Assembly: GCA_035638075.1 (NCBI GenBank)
Contig: DASRAU010000046.1
Span: 101,283 to 165,282 of the forward strand
Direction of reading: 5' to 3'
Length of the DNA: 64,000 bases
From: Verrucomicrobiia bacterium
Lineage (GTDB): Bacteria > Acidobacteriota > Polarisedimenticolia > Gp22-AA2
Shown here piece by piece: positions 39,084 through 49,045 of the stretch. Positions within the stretch are counted from its first letter, which is position 1. Every line of letters starts with the position of its first letter. Both the position numbers and the translations under genes were made by a program. Below the pieces are notes generated by a model. That model did not search any database, had not been told where the DNA came from, and worked only from the letters and a program-made list of their open reading frames with translations.

Positions 39084-39679
39084 CCGCGGGCGTGCCAGTC
39101 GAGCGCCTCTTCGAGGCGGTCGTTCCCCCAGAAGATCTCGCCCAGGGCGACGAAGGTGGGCGCGCCGAAGATGCCGAGCGACCAGGCGCGCTCCGTCTCC
39201 GCACGCAGCAGGTCCTTGGTCGCCTGGTCGGTGGCGCGGTCGAGCAGCGCGCTCGCCGTCGCGTCGTCCGCCGCCGCCCCGGAGCGGCGCAGCAGTTCGA
39301 GCATCCGCTCGCGGTCTTCGATGTCCTGATCCTCGGAAAAGTTGGCCCGGAAGACGGCGCGCGCGAACGGCGGCAGCCACGCCTGGCCGTGGCCGAGACA
39401 GGCGACGCGGGCCGGCAGGATCGAGCGGCGCGGGAAGACCGAGGGCTTGCGGAACGGCACGCCGTCGCGCGCGCACTGGCGCTCCAGGTCGCGCCACATG
39501 TAGCGCCCGCGCGCCGGGTTCAGGTTGTAGGGGCTGTCGTTCCAGCCCTGGCGCTGGAACAGCGGCCCGAGCAGGAACGGCCGCCAGTCGATCGCGATGC
39601 CGCGGGCCGCCGCGACGCTCTCGATGCGCTGCGACGCGAGGTACGAGTAGGTGCTGGCGAAGTCGAACCAGAACTCCAT
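39080..39679 (-). CDS. 2-hydroxychromene-2-carboxylate isomerase-like (DsbA-fold) protein
   Basis: 199 aa from ATG 39679 (MEFWFDFASTYSYLAS...), the characteristic HCCA-isomerase/DsbA-like N-terminus. Confidence 0.7.
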   Translation of the reverse strand: MEFWFDFASTYSYLASQRIESVAAARGIAIDWRPFLLGPLFQRQGWNDSPYNLNPARGRYMWRDLERQCARDGVPFRKPSVFPRRSILPARVACLGHGQAWLPPFARAVFRANFSEDQDIEDRERMLELLRRSGAAADDATASALLDRATDQATKDLLRAETERAWSLGIFGAPTFVALGEIFWGNDRLEEALDWHARG

Positions 39680-39981
39680 CAGAAGACGGGATCGCAGCCT
39701 TCGACCAGGATCATCTCGGTGTGGGCGCACGCCTGCCGCAGCTTCTTCGGCTCGGCGTACATCTGCGACGACCACCAGGCCTTCGCCTGCTCGTACGACG
39801 GGAACTCGAGCAGCACCACCCGCTTCGGCTCCCACGATTTCCCCTCGAGCTTCTCGGTGCGCCCGCCGCGCGCGACGTAGCGACCGCCGTGCTCCTTGAT
39901 GGAGATCGGCGCAAGCTTGACGTACTCGGGATAGCGGTCCTTGTCGTGCACGTCCACGTTGACGATGACGTACGCCTTCAT
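39679..39981 (-). CDS. DUF1330-domain protein
   Basis: 100 aa from ATG 39981 (RBS AGGAGGAGG): MKAYVIVNVDVHDKDRYPEY.... Confidence 0.7.
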   Translation of the reverse strand: MKAYVIVNVDVHDKDRYPEYVKLAPISIKEHGGRYVARGGRTEKLEGKSWEPKRVVLLEFPSYEQAKAWWSSQMYAEPKKLRQACAHTEMILVEGCDPVF

Positions 39982-40535
39982 GCCTCCTCCTTGCCGGTGG
40001 ACGCGGTCCCCGGCCGCACGAGATCGAAGCGGATGGCTCCCGGCTCCGCGCCCGCCCCGGCATGCCGGAAGCCGCACTTGAGAAGAACGCCGATGGAGGG
40101 CTCGAGTTCCGGCAGCGTCTGCGCCGTGATCCTCTGGATGTCCGGCCGCGCGAAGGCGCGCTGCACGAGCCCGCGCACCGCCTCCGACGCGTAGCCGCGC
40201 CGCTGGTGATCGGGCACGACGCCGTAGCCGACCTCGACCGAGCCGTCTTGGGCCGGAGGCCCGGCATACCCCCCGCTGCCGACGAGGGTCCGCCCGCCGT
40301 CCGGCTCGCGCTTCAGGATGAAGTACATCCACCAGCCGGCGTGCCGCTCGCCTTCGGCCAGGCGCGCCAGGGTGTATTCGATCGCCGCGTCATCGAGATA
40401 CTGCGGCGGCCACGACTCCGGCACGCGCGCCCCGAGCGCCGACGCCAGCCGGCCACGCGGCCCGAGGGCGGCGCGCAGGAGCTCCGGGGTTGCAGGCACG
40501 AGGTCGAGCCGCTCGGTCGCGATGGGTTGGTTCAC
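39978..40535 (-). CDS. GNAT-family N-acetyltransferase (RimJ/RimL-like); GTG start
   Basis: 185 aa. TERLDLVPATPEL N-terminal motif and acetyl-CoA binding region HQRRGYASEAV. GTG 40535 overlaps the upstream stop (GTGA). Confidence 0.6.
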   Translation of the reverse strand: MNQPIATERLDLVPATPELLRAALGPRGRLASALGARVPESWPPQYLDDAAIEYTLARLAEGERHAGWWMYFILKREPDGGRTLVGSGGYAGPPAQDGSVEVGYGVVPDHQRRGYASEAVRGLVQRAFARPDIQRITAQTLPELEPSIGVLLKCGFRHAGAGAEPGAIRFDLVRPGTASTGKEEA

Positions 40536-41092
40536 GCGCGCGGCCCGGAGCGCCGCCGGCCGCGCGACTCGACAGGTCCGCGGATCGCGGGCGGCGCCTC
40601 GGCGCCGAGATCCGCGAGGGCGCGCGCGGCGGCGTGATGCGGGCGCCACGTCTCCCAGACCTGTCCGGCCCAGGCCCGCACCGCCGCGACATGACGGTCC
40701 GGAGACCGCGACTCCGCCACGTCGCGGATGTTCAGGCCGCGCGGGCGTGGCGCCGGCGGCTCGAGGCGCGGCCAGGAAGGCGTCGCCGAGGCAATCCGCT
40801 GCAGCCATGCCGGGACCTCCCACAGCCGCAGGCCGCGCTCGAGCGACAGGTGCAGCCCGGCGAGATGGATGGCGACCGATTTGTCCGGGTGCGCGCCGCC
40901 GGCGTGCTGCACGGCGTAGGCGTCCACGGTGAGCTGGTGCGCCTGTCCGAACAGCACCGCGCTCTCGAACTCGCGACCGATGACCTGTTCGAAGAGCCCC
41001 CAGCACTCCGCCGAGGCGTGGAACTTGCGGTCGTACGCAACGCCGCTCGCGGGCCGCACGATGCCACAACCGGGACAGACCACGACGCTCAT
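40532..41092 (-). CDS. Hypothetical protein with N-terminal CxxC..C zinc-ribbon-like motif
   Basis: 186 aa from ATG 41092 (MSVVVCPGCGIV...ECWGLFE). No family recognised. Confidence 0.45.
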   Translation of the reverse strand: MSVVVCPGCGIVRPASGVAYDRKFHASAECWGLFEQVIGREFESAVLFGQAHQLTVDAYAVQHAGGAHPDKSVAIHLAGLHLSLERGLRLWEVPAWLQRIASATPSWPRLEPPAPRPRGLNIRDVAESRSPDRHVAAVRAWAGQVWETWRPHHAAARALADLGAEAPPAIRGPVESRGRRRSGPRA

Positions 41093-41541
41093 GGCCGGTC
41101 GGCCGAAAGGGGCTTGTGGAAGTTGTACTGGGTCTTGGTCACGGCGTAGCCCTCGCGCTCGTAGAACCCGCGCGTGCGCTCGCGCGCGGTGTTGGAGCGG
41201 ACCCGGATGGAATCGAAGAGGCGCCCGCGGGCCCAGGCCTCGGCCGCCTGCAGCAGGGCCTTGCCGATCCCGCGGCCGCGCTGCGCCTCGTCCACCACGA
41301 GCGCGCGCACCTCGGCGTAACGGGCGCTGACGAGATCCCGCGGCGCCGCGACGTGGATCCATCCGAGCACGGCGCCGCCGGAGTCGCAGGCGACGAAGAC
41401 CTCGGCATCCGGGCTGCCCGAGAGTCTCTGCAGGCGATCCTGGATCTCCTGCCGATCGACGGGGTAGCCGAGCTGCCCCGACAGCCGCGCCACGTCGGCG
41501 GCATCCTCCAGTCGCATCGGCCGGACGGCGGGGATGGTCAC
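41089..41541 (-). CDS. GNAT-family N-acetyltransferase (start GTG 41541 or ATG 41517)
   Basis: GNAT motif A region QRGRGIGKALL. GTG 41541 would give a GTGA overlap with the upstream VOC gene stop, matching the coupling pattern of this gene string. Confidence 0.65.
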   Translation of the reverse strand: MTIPAVRPMRLEDAADVARLSGQLGYPVDRQEIQDRLQRLSGSPDAEVFVACDSGGAVLGWIHVAAPRDLVSARYAEVRALVVDEAQRGRGIGKALLQAAEAWARGRLFDSIRVRSNTARERTRGFYEREGYAVTKTQYNFHKPLSADRP

Positions 41542-41978
41542 GTGGTCCAGTAGCCTCCCGGCCGGTAATCGCCGAAGTACCACTGGTGTCCTTCCAGGTC
41601 CTGCGCCATGTAGCCGCGCGCGCCGTACTCCTCGTCGCGCAGCTCGCGCATGATGACGGCGCCCGCCGCCTTCGCGCGCGCATAGTGCGCGTCGGGCTCG
41701 GCGACGAAGAGCGACAGAGACTGACTGTGTCCCGCGAGCTGACGCGGCCCGATCCACTTCCAGGCGGGCCGCGGCGACGAGACCATGATCACCGCTTCTC
41801 CGAAGGACAGCTCGGAGTGCTGGATCTCCCCGCCCGGCCCGGTCACGATGAGGCGCTTCTCGAAGCCGAAGGCGCGGCAGAGCCACTCGATCGCCGCCGG
41901 CGCGTCGTCGTAGACCAGGCTCGGGTAGATGCCCCCGACCCGGGCCACGCTCCCCTTGGCGCGCGTGTCGTGCGCCAT
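41538..41978 (-). CDS. VOC-family (glyoxalase-like) protein
   Basis: 146 aa; paired beta-alpha-beta-beta-beta modules. Confidence 0.7.
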   Translation of the reverse strand: MAHDTRAKGSVARVGGIYPSLVYDDAPAAIEWLCRAFGFEKRLIVTGPGGEIQHSELSFGEAVIMVSSPRPAWKWIGPRQLAGHSQSLSLFVAEPDAHYARAKAAGAVIMRELRDEEYGARGYMAQDLEGHQWYFGDYRPGGYWTT

Positions 41979-41981
41979 CGC

Positions 41982-42533
41982 CTAGCCCGCCGCGGCGGCC
42001 GCGGCCGCCGCCGAGGACGCCGTCACGCCGGCCGCCTCTTCCGAGAGCAGCAGCATGACGTACCAGCCGAGGGTCACGAGGAGCGACAGGTCCTCGAGCG
42101 CCAGCGCCTCCGGCTCGACCTTCACGGTCGCGGCATGCTTCAGGAGCGAAAAGTCGGGGGAGAAGCTGACGAGCAGCCGGCCGGTTTCGCTGGCGAAAGC
42201 CCACTCCGACCGCCAGAAATCGGTGCGCTGCCACTGGTAGCTGCGGCGCTCGGGGCCGTGCAGGATGCCGTCCCCCTTGAAGCCGACCTGCAGGACCGCG
42301 AGGTCGCTGTCGGATCCTGCCCGGCGCACGGTGAGGCGCGGGCTCAGGAAGCCGGCACGCTTGAAGGTCCACGTCCCCTCGGCCGCCTCGGCGGTCGCGA
42401 GCGAGCCGAACATGCTCTCCCACCTGAGGCCGCCGACGACGTCCTCTCCCGCCGCCAGCTCGTACTGCCGCGCCAGCATGCTCGGCCGCGTCCACCGCAG
42501 GGGGTGATCCGCCGTCTCACGGATCGTCTTCAT
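41982..42533 (-). CDS. Hypothetical protein
   Basis: 183 aa; ORF with codon bias consistent with neighbours. No family recognised; poly-Ala C-terminus. Confidence 0.45.
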   Translation of the reverse strand: MKTIRETADHPLRWTRPSMLARQYELAAGEDVVGGLRWESMFGSLATAEAAEGTWTFKRAGFLSPRLTVRRAGSDSDLAVLQVGFKGDGILHGPERRSYQWQRTDFWRSEWAFASETGRLLVSFSPDFSLLKHAATVKVEPEALALEDLSLLVTLGWYVMLLLSEEAAGVTASSAAAAAAAAG

Positions 42534-42576
42534 CCGGTCCTCCGTTCCTCGTCACGATGGGAGGGTCGCCGCCATT

Positions 42577-43182
42577 CTAGCGCCACCCGCCGGAAGACAG
42601 GCGCGGGACGAAGGCGCCGACCCGGCGGGCGTAGGCGTCGTACTCGGCGCCGAACGACTCGCGCAGCAGCCGTTCCTCGACACCGATGCGGAGGTACGTG
42701 CCGAGGACGTAGACGACGACCGCGACAGCAATCGCCACGAGCCCGGTCATCGCCACCCCGGTCGCGAGGAGCATGCCGAGCATCGCGGTGTAGATCGGAT
42801 GACGCACGAAGCGGTACGGACCTTCCGTGACCAGCCGATGGGTCTCGAGCACGCGCGCGGTCAGGCTCCACTGGCGCCCCAGCGTGCGCACCGCCGCGAG
42901 CATGAGCCAGACCGACGCGGCCAGCAGCAGGACGACCAGCGACGTGCGCGCGATCGCGGCCGCCGATGGCATCCACGGCTTCGACTCGAGCGACTGCCGG
43001 AAGCCCCACGCGATCCCGAACCCGAGCCCCTGGGTCAGCATCCCGACGATCGACAGGCGATCGCGGCGCCTCTCCGGCCCCTGCTCCCCCTTCGGACGGG
43101 TCCACAGGATGGCTCCGATCGCCATCCATCCCAGGACCACGAGAAGGCTGTCGACGTTCGTGAAGGCGCGCGCGCCGGTCAC
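42577..43182 (-). CDS. Isoprenylcysteine carboxyl methyltransferase (ICMT/PEMT)-family membrane methyltransferase; GTG start
   Basis: 201 aa. C-terminal motif HRLVTEGPYRFVRHPIY..E. GTG 43182 overlaps the stop of the upstream tandem-GNAT gene (GTGA). Confidence 0.6.
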   Translation of the reverse strand: MTGARAFTNVDSLLVVLGWMAIGAILWTRPKGEQGPERRRDRLSIVGMLTQGLGFGIAWGFRQSLESKPWMPSAAAIARTSLVVLLLAASVWLMLAAVRTLGRQWSLTARVLETHRLVTEGPYRFVRHPIYTAMLGMLLATGVAMTGLVAIAVAVVVYVLGTYLRIGVEERLLRESFGAEYDAYARRVGAFVPRLSSGGWR

Positions 43183-44141
43183 AGCGAGATGCGCATCTCG
43201 TTGTTGGCGATGAAGCCCAGGCTCTCGTAGAGCGGCCGGCCGGCGTCGCTCGCGTGCAGGTAGAGGTAGCGCAGGCCCTGCGCGCGGCTCCAGTCGATCA
43301 TCTCCTGCACCAGCCGGCGGGCGAGGCCGCGCCGCTGGTACTCCGGCTCGGTGAACATGTTGACGACCCAGGCGCGCTGCGGCCGCGGATCGATCGGGTG
43401 CGGCTGGAAGGTGAGGATGACGATGCCGCCGCCGGCGACGACGCGCCCGTCCGGCGTCTCGGCCAGCCAGGCGCGGTAGGAGCCATCCGCGAGCCCGCGG
43501 CCGAGGAGAGTCGACGACACCTCGAGCATCTTCTCGAGCGCGGCCTCGTCCCGGAAGCCCATCTCCTCGAACATCCGCCGCCGGTGGTGCAGGACGATCG
43601 CGAGATCGGCCTGGGTCGCCGGGCGGATGCGGCAGTCGTCGGCGCCGCGCGTCGCGTCCGCGCCGCCGCCGAAGCGCCTGGCGTACTCGTGCAGCCGCAT
43701 GCCGAAGAAATCGCCGACGTGACCCGTCGGCGCGAACCCGCGCCTGCGATAGAAGCGCGCCGCGCGCTCCAGCGGCTCGGTCGTGTCCAGGGTGAGGCGG
43801 GTGCAGCCGCGGGCGCGCAGGTCCGCCTCGGCACGGCTCAGGAGCGCGGCGGCGATGTCGCTGCCCTGCCTTTCGGGAAGCACCGCCATGCCGCGCAGGT
43901 GTCCCTCCGTCCCCTCGAGCGAGAAGGCGACGGTGCCGACGACCTTGTCGTGCTCGGCGGCGACCAGCACGGTCATCGAATCCAGCCTGCGGCGCAGCAG
44001 CTCCGGATCGAGCGTGGTGTCGCGGAACCCTTCCGGTGTGTACTGCGCGCGATACGGCTCGAACGCGGCCTGCAGGCATTCGAGGATTCCCGGCGCGTCT
44101 CGAGGGGTGGCCGGGCGGATCGAAATCGTCGGGGGGGCCAT
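43179..44141 (-). CDS. Tandem double-GNAT acetyltransferase
   Basis: 320 aa with two GNAT folds (HLRGMAVLPERQGSDIAAALL and NMFTEPEYQRRGLARRLV). Confidence 0.7.
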   Translation of the reverse strand: MAPPTISIRPATPRDAPGILECLQAAFEPYRAQYTPEGFRDTTLDPELLRRRLDSMTVLVAAEHDKVVGTVAFSLEGTEGHLRGMAVLPERQGSDIAAALLSRAEADLRARGCTRLTLDTTEPLERAARFYRRRGFAPTGHVGDFFGMRLHEYARRFGGGADATRGADDCRIRPATQADLAIVLHHRRRMFEEMGFRDEAALEKMLEVSSTLLGRGLADGSYRAWLAETPDGRVVAGGGIVILTFQPHPIDPRPQRAWVVNMFTEPEYQRRGLARRLVQEMIDWSRAQGLRYLYLHASDAGRPLYESLGFIANNEMRISL

Positions 44142-44232
44142 CGCGGCGGGCTCCGGGTTTGCCGTGAGTATAGGGCCGGAGCAGCCGGCCGCGGGACCGG
44201 ACGCCCTCAGCGCCTTCCAGGCCGGGCGCGAT

Positions 44233-44547
44233 TCAGGAACGGACGGGGCGGGATTCCTTCGCGACGATCATCCGGATGCCTCCGACGATGAGGAGCAGGA
44301 TGCCTCCTCCCATGAGCCCGCCGGCGATGCTCCAGAAGATGGCGCCGAAATCGAGGACCGGAGCCGTGGAGACCCCGCGCACCCAGATGCCGAGCAGCCA
44401 CAGGACCTGGGCGCCGAGCCCGCCCCCGACGATGCCGACGATCGTGTTGCCGATTCCGCCGAGGCCGAACCGGCCCAGCAGGGCGCCCGCGATGTTCCCT
44501 CCGAGCGCGCCGCTCGCCAGCTGGATGAGGACCGCCATCAGGTTCAT
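44233..44547 (-). CDS. GlsB/YeaQ/YmgE-family (transglycosylase-associated) small membrane protein
   Basis: 104 aa from ATG 44547 (RBS GGAGG); Gly-zipper-rich TM helices. Confidence 0.7.
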   Translation of the reverse strand: MNLMAVLIQLASGALGGNIAGALLGRFGLGGIGNTIVGIVGGGLGAQVLWLLGIWVRGVSTAPVLDFGAIFWSIAGGLMGGGILLLIVGGIRMIVAKESRPVRS

Positions 44548-44619
44548 GAAAACCTCCGCCCCTTCCTGTCTAGGCCCGGCCCGCGCCGAAGTCAACGCGC
44601 AGAACTGCGGAAGACGGGG

Positions 44620-45302
44620 TCAGCGCGAGGCGCGGCCGGCCCGACGGCGGCCGACGAGAGCGGCGATGGCGGCGTCCTTCTGGTCCTTCCCCCACGGGGC
44701 GCCGACCGCCTTCCTGAAGGCGTCGACGCGCGCCGTGACGGCGGACCAGGACTCGTGCAGCACGTCCGGCGCGATCTCCTGCAGCTCCTTCTCGGGCACC
44801 GGGACGACCGCCAGGCCGGCGTCCTTCGCGCCCGAGGCGAGCGCATCGCGCCAGAGCACGCCCTCGGCCTTGTGCATGCGGAAGTGCACGGCGAGGATCT
44901 CGTCCGTCGTCCACGACGGCATCGACGTGCCGACCAGGATGGCGCAGGCGACCGGGTCGTGCCCCGCCGCCCGCAGCCGCGAGACGGTCTCGCGCAGTGC
45001 CCGGGCGGCGTTCCGGTGCGCGGCAGCGACGCCGCGATCCACCATCCGCCGCGCTTCCTCGGGCTTCAGGCTCTCGGCGGCGTGGTACGGCGCCTTCACC
45101 CACTCGGATCCCTTCTCGAAGAGATCGAGTCGCCGCCGCTCGACGACCTGCGCGCCGGCGCCATCCAGCTCGCGGGCGCCCGGCCGGCGGAACCCGAGCG
45201 CGACGAGCGCCGCCCAGCCGGAGTGCGCCTTGAGCCCGAGGACGACCTTCGCGCCCGGGGCGCCGGCTGCGGGGGCGCGGGGACCGCCGGCGCGCGCGGC
45301 GC

Positions 45303-45306
<4 letters not shown>
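44620..45306 (-). CDS. Hypothetical protein
   Basis: 228 aa from ATG 45306; ATGA overlap with the upstream DUF1697 gene stop. No family recognised. Confidence 0.4.
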
Positions 45307-45845
<539 letters not shown>

Positions 45846-45846
45846 G

Positions 45847-46461
45847 TCAATGAACGCGGGTCGCGCGGCCTCGGCCGTTCGCCCGGGGGCGCGACGGAGT
45901 CCTGCCGGCTCGCGCACCGGCCGCGCGCCGGCCGCGACCCCGCGCCGCGCGACCAACCGCCGCACGACCGGCGTCGGGCGCGGTCGCGCCGGCGGCGATT
46001 TCCGGCGCCTGCTCGGCGGGCGCCTTCTCCAGTTGTTCGATCGCGCTTTGTAGAAATGCGATCATCCGCTTGCGCTGCGTGGGCTCGGTGGCGCTCCACT
46101 TCTCGGCGCCGGCGCGCTTGTGGGCGATCTTGAACTTCAGCCCGGTCAGCGACGTCGTGTAGGCGTTCGCATCGAGCTTGGTCACGTTCTGGTGCGCCAG
46201 GATGTACCAGTGGTACTCGGTGCCGACGGGAACACCGGACCCCTCCGGCGCATGCCCGACCCGGCGCTTGGTGACCGCGTAATTCACCTGCCAGAGGTCC
46301 GGAGTGATCTTCGTCTCCTTCCAGAACCCCTCGTCGTAGTGCCAGCGGTGGCTCCGGCCGATCTTCATGCCGGTGTACCGCATCCCCTCAAACGTCTTGA
46401 ACTGGTTGTACGACACGCCGGGGTCGCTCTTCTCCTCTCCCTTCTTCTTCTGCGCACTCAT
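45847..46461 (-). CDS. Hypothetical protein with Arg-rich C-terminal tail
   Basis: ATG 46461 with GGAGG RBS. N-terminal 160 aa compositionally normal, then Arg/Ala/Gly-rich tail. Confidence 0.4.
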   Translation of the reverse strand: MSAQKKKGEEKSDPGVSYNQFKTFEGMRYTGMKIGRSHRWHYDEGFWKETKITPDLWQVNYAVTKRRVGHAPEGSGVPVGTEYHWYILAHQNVTKLDANAYTTSLTGLKFKIAHKRAGAEKWSATEPTQRKRMIAFLQSAIEQLEKAPAEQAPEIAAGATAPDAGRAAVGRAARGRGRRAAGARAGRTPSRPRANGRGRATRVH

Positions 46462-46509
46462 GCCTGCCTCCAAGCCCCACCCCGGACGGCGACATGAAAG
46501 ATATACACC

Positions 46510-47079
46510 TCACCGCGAGCCCTCTCCGAGTAGTTCCTTGTAGAAGACCACGGTGTCGTGCATCGCGGCCCCGTCCGGGTCGAGGGCGAAGCGCGGGATG
46601 GTCCCGACGACGGTCCAGCCCAGACGCCGGTACAGCCGGTCGGCCGGGTCGCCGCGCTTGGTGTCGAGGACGAGCTGGCTGAAGCCGCCACGCCGTGCTT
46701 CCTCTTCGATGGCCTGCATCAGGAGCGTCCCGAGCCCCTGGCGGCGCGCGCGCCGGTGCACCAGGAGCTTGCAGATGTCGCCGCGATGCGGCTGGTTCGG
46801 GGCCCACGCCGGCACGAAGTGCACCGTGCCGACGATCGCGCCGTCTTCATTGCGTGATGGTCCGCCGGGCGCCGCTTCGTCGCGGGCCACGAGGAAGACG
46901 GCGCGCGGATCGGACGAGGCGATCGTCTCCCGCCACCACGCCTCGGCGGTCGCCTGGGTCAGCGTCGCAAGGAAGGATGCGGCCGCCCCGGATGCGACCG
47001 CGTCCATGAGCACGAGCGCCAGGCCGCGGATGTCGGCGTCGCCGGCCGCTTTGCCCAGCCGCTCGATTCTCGCCGGCAC
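46510..47079 (-). CDS. GNAT-family N-acetyltransferase; GTG start
   Basis: 189 aa. GTG 47079 preceded by AGGAGG with 6-nt spacer. Motif A RRARRQGLGTLLM. Confidence 0.65.
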   Translation of the reverse strand: MPARIERLGKAAGDADIRGLALVLMDAVASGAAASFLATLTQATAEAWWRETIASSDPRAVFLVARDEAAPGGPSRNEDGAIVGTVHFVPAWAPNQPHRGDICKLLVHRRARRQGLGTLLMQAIEEEARRGGFSQLVLDTKRGDPADRLYRRLGWTVVGTIPRFALDPDGAAMHDTVVFYKELLGEGSR

Positions 47080-47146
47080 GCTCCGCCTCCTGCCTGCGCC
47101 GGCGCCTCCGGCGCTCATGGACGACCCGTTCCTATACCATAGCCGC

Positions 47147-48073
47147 ATGGACATCCTCGATGCCATCGGCGAGACCACCCTGGTCGAGCTGCGCCGCGTC
47201 GTCCCGGAAGAGTGCGGCGCCATCTTCGTCAAGTGCGAGTGGGAGAACCCGACCGGCAGCATGAAGGACCGCATGGCACGCGCCGTCATCGACCGCGCCG
47301 CCGCCGACGGCCGCCTGCGTCCGGGCGACGGCGTCGTCGAATACACCGGCGGCAGCACCGGCGCGTCGCTGGCGCTCGTCTGCGCGGCGCGCGGCCATCA
47401 CATCCGCATCGTCACGTCGGACGCCTTCAGCCGCGAGAAGCGCGACCAGATGGCGGCCCTCGGCGCCGAGCTCGTCATCATCCCGAGCGAAGGGGGCCGG
47501 ACGACCAAGGCGCTGATCGAGGCGATGATCGAGAAGGCGCGCACCCTCAGCCGCGAGCCGAACACGTACTGGACCGACCAGCTTCGCAACCAGGACAGCC
47601 TCGCCGGCTATCACCCGCTCGGCGAGGAGATCTGGCGGCAGACCGACGGCATGGTGGATGCCTTCGTGCACAGCGTCGGCACGTCCGCGTCGCTGCGCGG
47701 CACCGGCACGGTGCTCAAGGAGCGCAAGCCCGGCATCCGCATCGTCGCCGTCGAGCCCGCCGAGTCGCCCGTGCTCTCGGGCGGCCAGCCGAGCCCGCAC
47801 AACATCGAGGGGATGGGTATCGGCTGGATCCCTCCGCTGTGGGACGCCGCGCTCGCCGATCAGATCGTTGCGATCCCGACCTCCGACGCGAAGGAGATGA
47901 CCCGGCGGCTGGCGCGCGAGGAAGGACTCTTCGGCGGGACCTCCGGCGGCGCCAATGTGCTCGCCGCCATCCAGGTCGCGAAGCGCCTCGGCCCCGGCTC
48001 GAAGGTGGTGACGCTCCTTCCCGACTCCGGCCTGAAGTACGTCACGACCGACGTCTACCGCTCCGCGACCTGA
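47147..48073 (+). CDS. cysK: Cysteine synthase (O-acetylserine sulfhydrylase, PLP-dependent)
   Basis: 309 aa. PLP-lysine motif ENPTGSMKDR. Gly-rich loop HSVGTSASLRGTG. An alternative ATG at 47117 would add 10 aa. Confidence 0.85.
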   Translation: MDILDAIGETTLVELRRVVPEECGAIFVKCEWENPTGSMKDRMARAVIDRAAADGRLRPGDGVVEYTGGSTGASLALVCAARGHHIRIVTSDAFSREKRDQMAALGAELVIIPSEGGRTTKALIEAMIEKARTLSREPNTYWTDQLRNQDSLAGYHPLGEEIWRQTDGMVDAFVHSVGTSASLRGTGTVLKERKPGIRIVAVEPAESPVLSGGQPSPHNIEGMGIGWIPPLWDAALADQIVAIPTSDAKEMTRRLAREEGLFGGTSGGANVLAAIQVAKRLGPGSKVVTLLPDSGLKYVTTDVYRSAT

Positions 48074-48108
48074 TCAGGCTGCGCGCCGCCTGGCTCGAGG
48101 CGCGAGCG

Positions 48109-48495
48109 TCAGGCGAGAACGGCGCCGCGGTCCTTCAGGATGGACTTGAGGATCGTCCGGTGGCAGCGCCGCTCGTCCTCGCAATAGCAGCCGACACAGA
48201 AGTCGGCGTGCTTCGAGAGCGCCGCCAGCAGACCGAGGAGCCGCCGCCGTTCGGGCGCCGACATCTCCTTGCGGTAGCGTCGCTCGTAGGCGCGCCAATC
48301 CGCATCCGTCTTCGCGGCGTGCGCGAACTTCACGGTCGCCGGGCTCGGCGCCAGGTCCGGCATCCACACGTCGTACCAGTTCCCCGACGCGTACCGGCTC
48401 TTCGGCACCCCGCGCGGCGGAAACCGCACCGTGCCGATGCGCAACCCTTCGCCTCTCTTCCGCGGCTGCCCCAGCCTCACCACGCGAACCGCCAT
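48109..48495 (-). CDS. DUF488-family protein (YeaO-like)
   Basis: 128 aa, matches the DUF488 N-terminal pattern (LGQPRKRGEGLRIGTVRFPPRGVPK). Confidence 0.7.
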   Translation of the reverse strand: MAVRVVRLGQPRKRGEGLRIGTVRFPPRGVPKSRYASGNWYDVWMPDLAPSPATVKFAHAAKTDADWRAYERRYRKEMSAPERRRLLGLLAALSKHADFCVGCYCEDERRCHRTILKSILKDRGAVLA

Positions 48496-48504
48496 GCGGA
48501 AACC

Positions 48505-48684
48505 CTACGCCTTCCGCGATGCGACGGCCAGCTCGAGACCGTCCATCGTTGTCAGCGAGGACGTGGACTCGAGGTGAATCACCCTTCTGAGGCCGTCAGC
48601 CCGCATTTTCGAAGAAGCGTGGATCAGGAGGGTTCCGGCGATCAGGAGCACTGCAATGGCCATGGCCAGGCTCTTGAGGGTCAT
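48505..48684 (-). CDS. Small ORF (59 aa) with N-terminal hydrophobic segment; not in ORF track (below 60 aa)
   Basis: ATG 48684 preceded by GGGGAGGACGA. Translation MTLKSLAMAIAVLLIAGTLLIHASSKMRADGLRRVIHLESTSSLTTMDGLELAVASRKA; TAG at 48505-48507. Confidence 0.35.
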   Translation of the reverse strand: MTLKSLAMAIAVLLIAGTLLIHASSKMRADGLRRVIHLESTSSLTTMDGLELAVASRKA

Positions 48685-48699
48685 TCGTCCTCCCCGCTT

Positions 48700-49008
48700 C
48701 TACCGTTCGTTGGGCGCCAGGTTCTTGATCTCCGCGATGAAGCGAGCGTGGGCGGCCGGATCGATCGGCCGGTGGCGCACCTGGGTGCTCGCCGGGTCCT
48801 TGCCGAGCCAGTTGTCGCCCTTCCAGTTGCGCGACGGGCGGACGGGGCGGCGTTCGAAGCCGCCGCCGCAGTTGGGACAGACGTTCTGCAGCACGCGCTC
48901 GACGCACGAGGCGCAGAAGGTGCACTCGTAGGTGCAGATGCGCGCCTCGACCGAGTTGGGCGGCAGCGCGACGTTGCAGTTCTCGCAGGTCGGTCTCAGC
49001 TCGAGCAC
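48700..49008 (-). CDS. DUF1272-domain protein (Cys-rich)
   Basis: 102 aa. MLELRPTCENCNVALPPNSVEARICTYECTFCASCVE..CPNCGG matches the DUF1272 Cys pattern. Confidence 0.65.
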   Translation of the reverse strand: MLELRPTCENCNVALPPNSVEARICTYECTFCASCVERVLQNVCPNCGGGFERRPVRPSRNWKGDNWLGKDPASTQVRHRPIDPAAHARFIAEIKNLAPNER

Positions 49009-49045
49009 GGCTTTCCCTCCTCCCGGCGCGAACGCACGCCGCGCT

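Noticed and set aside
47117-47149. Alternative cysK start at ATG 47117 (10 extra residues) overlapping the antisense GNAT N-terminus
   Set aside because: Neither ATG has an SD. The shorter form matches typical CysK length, so 47147 was kept, but 47117 cannot be excluded.
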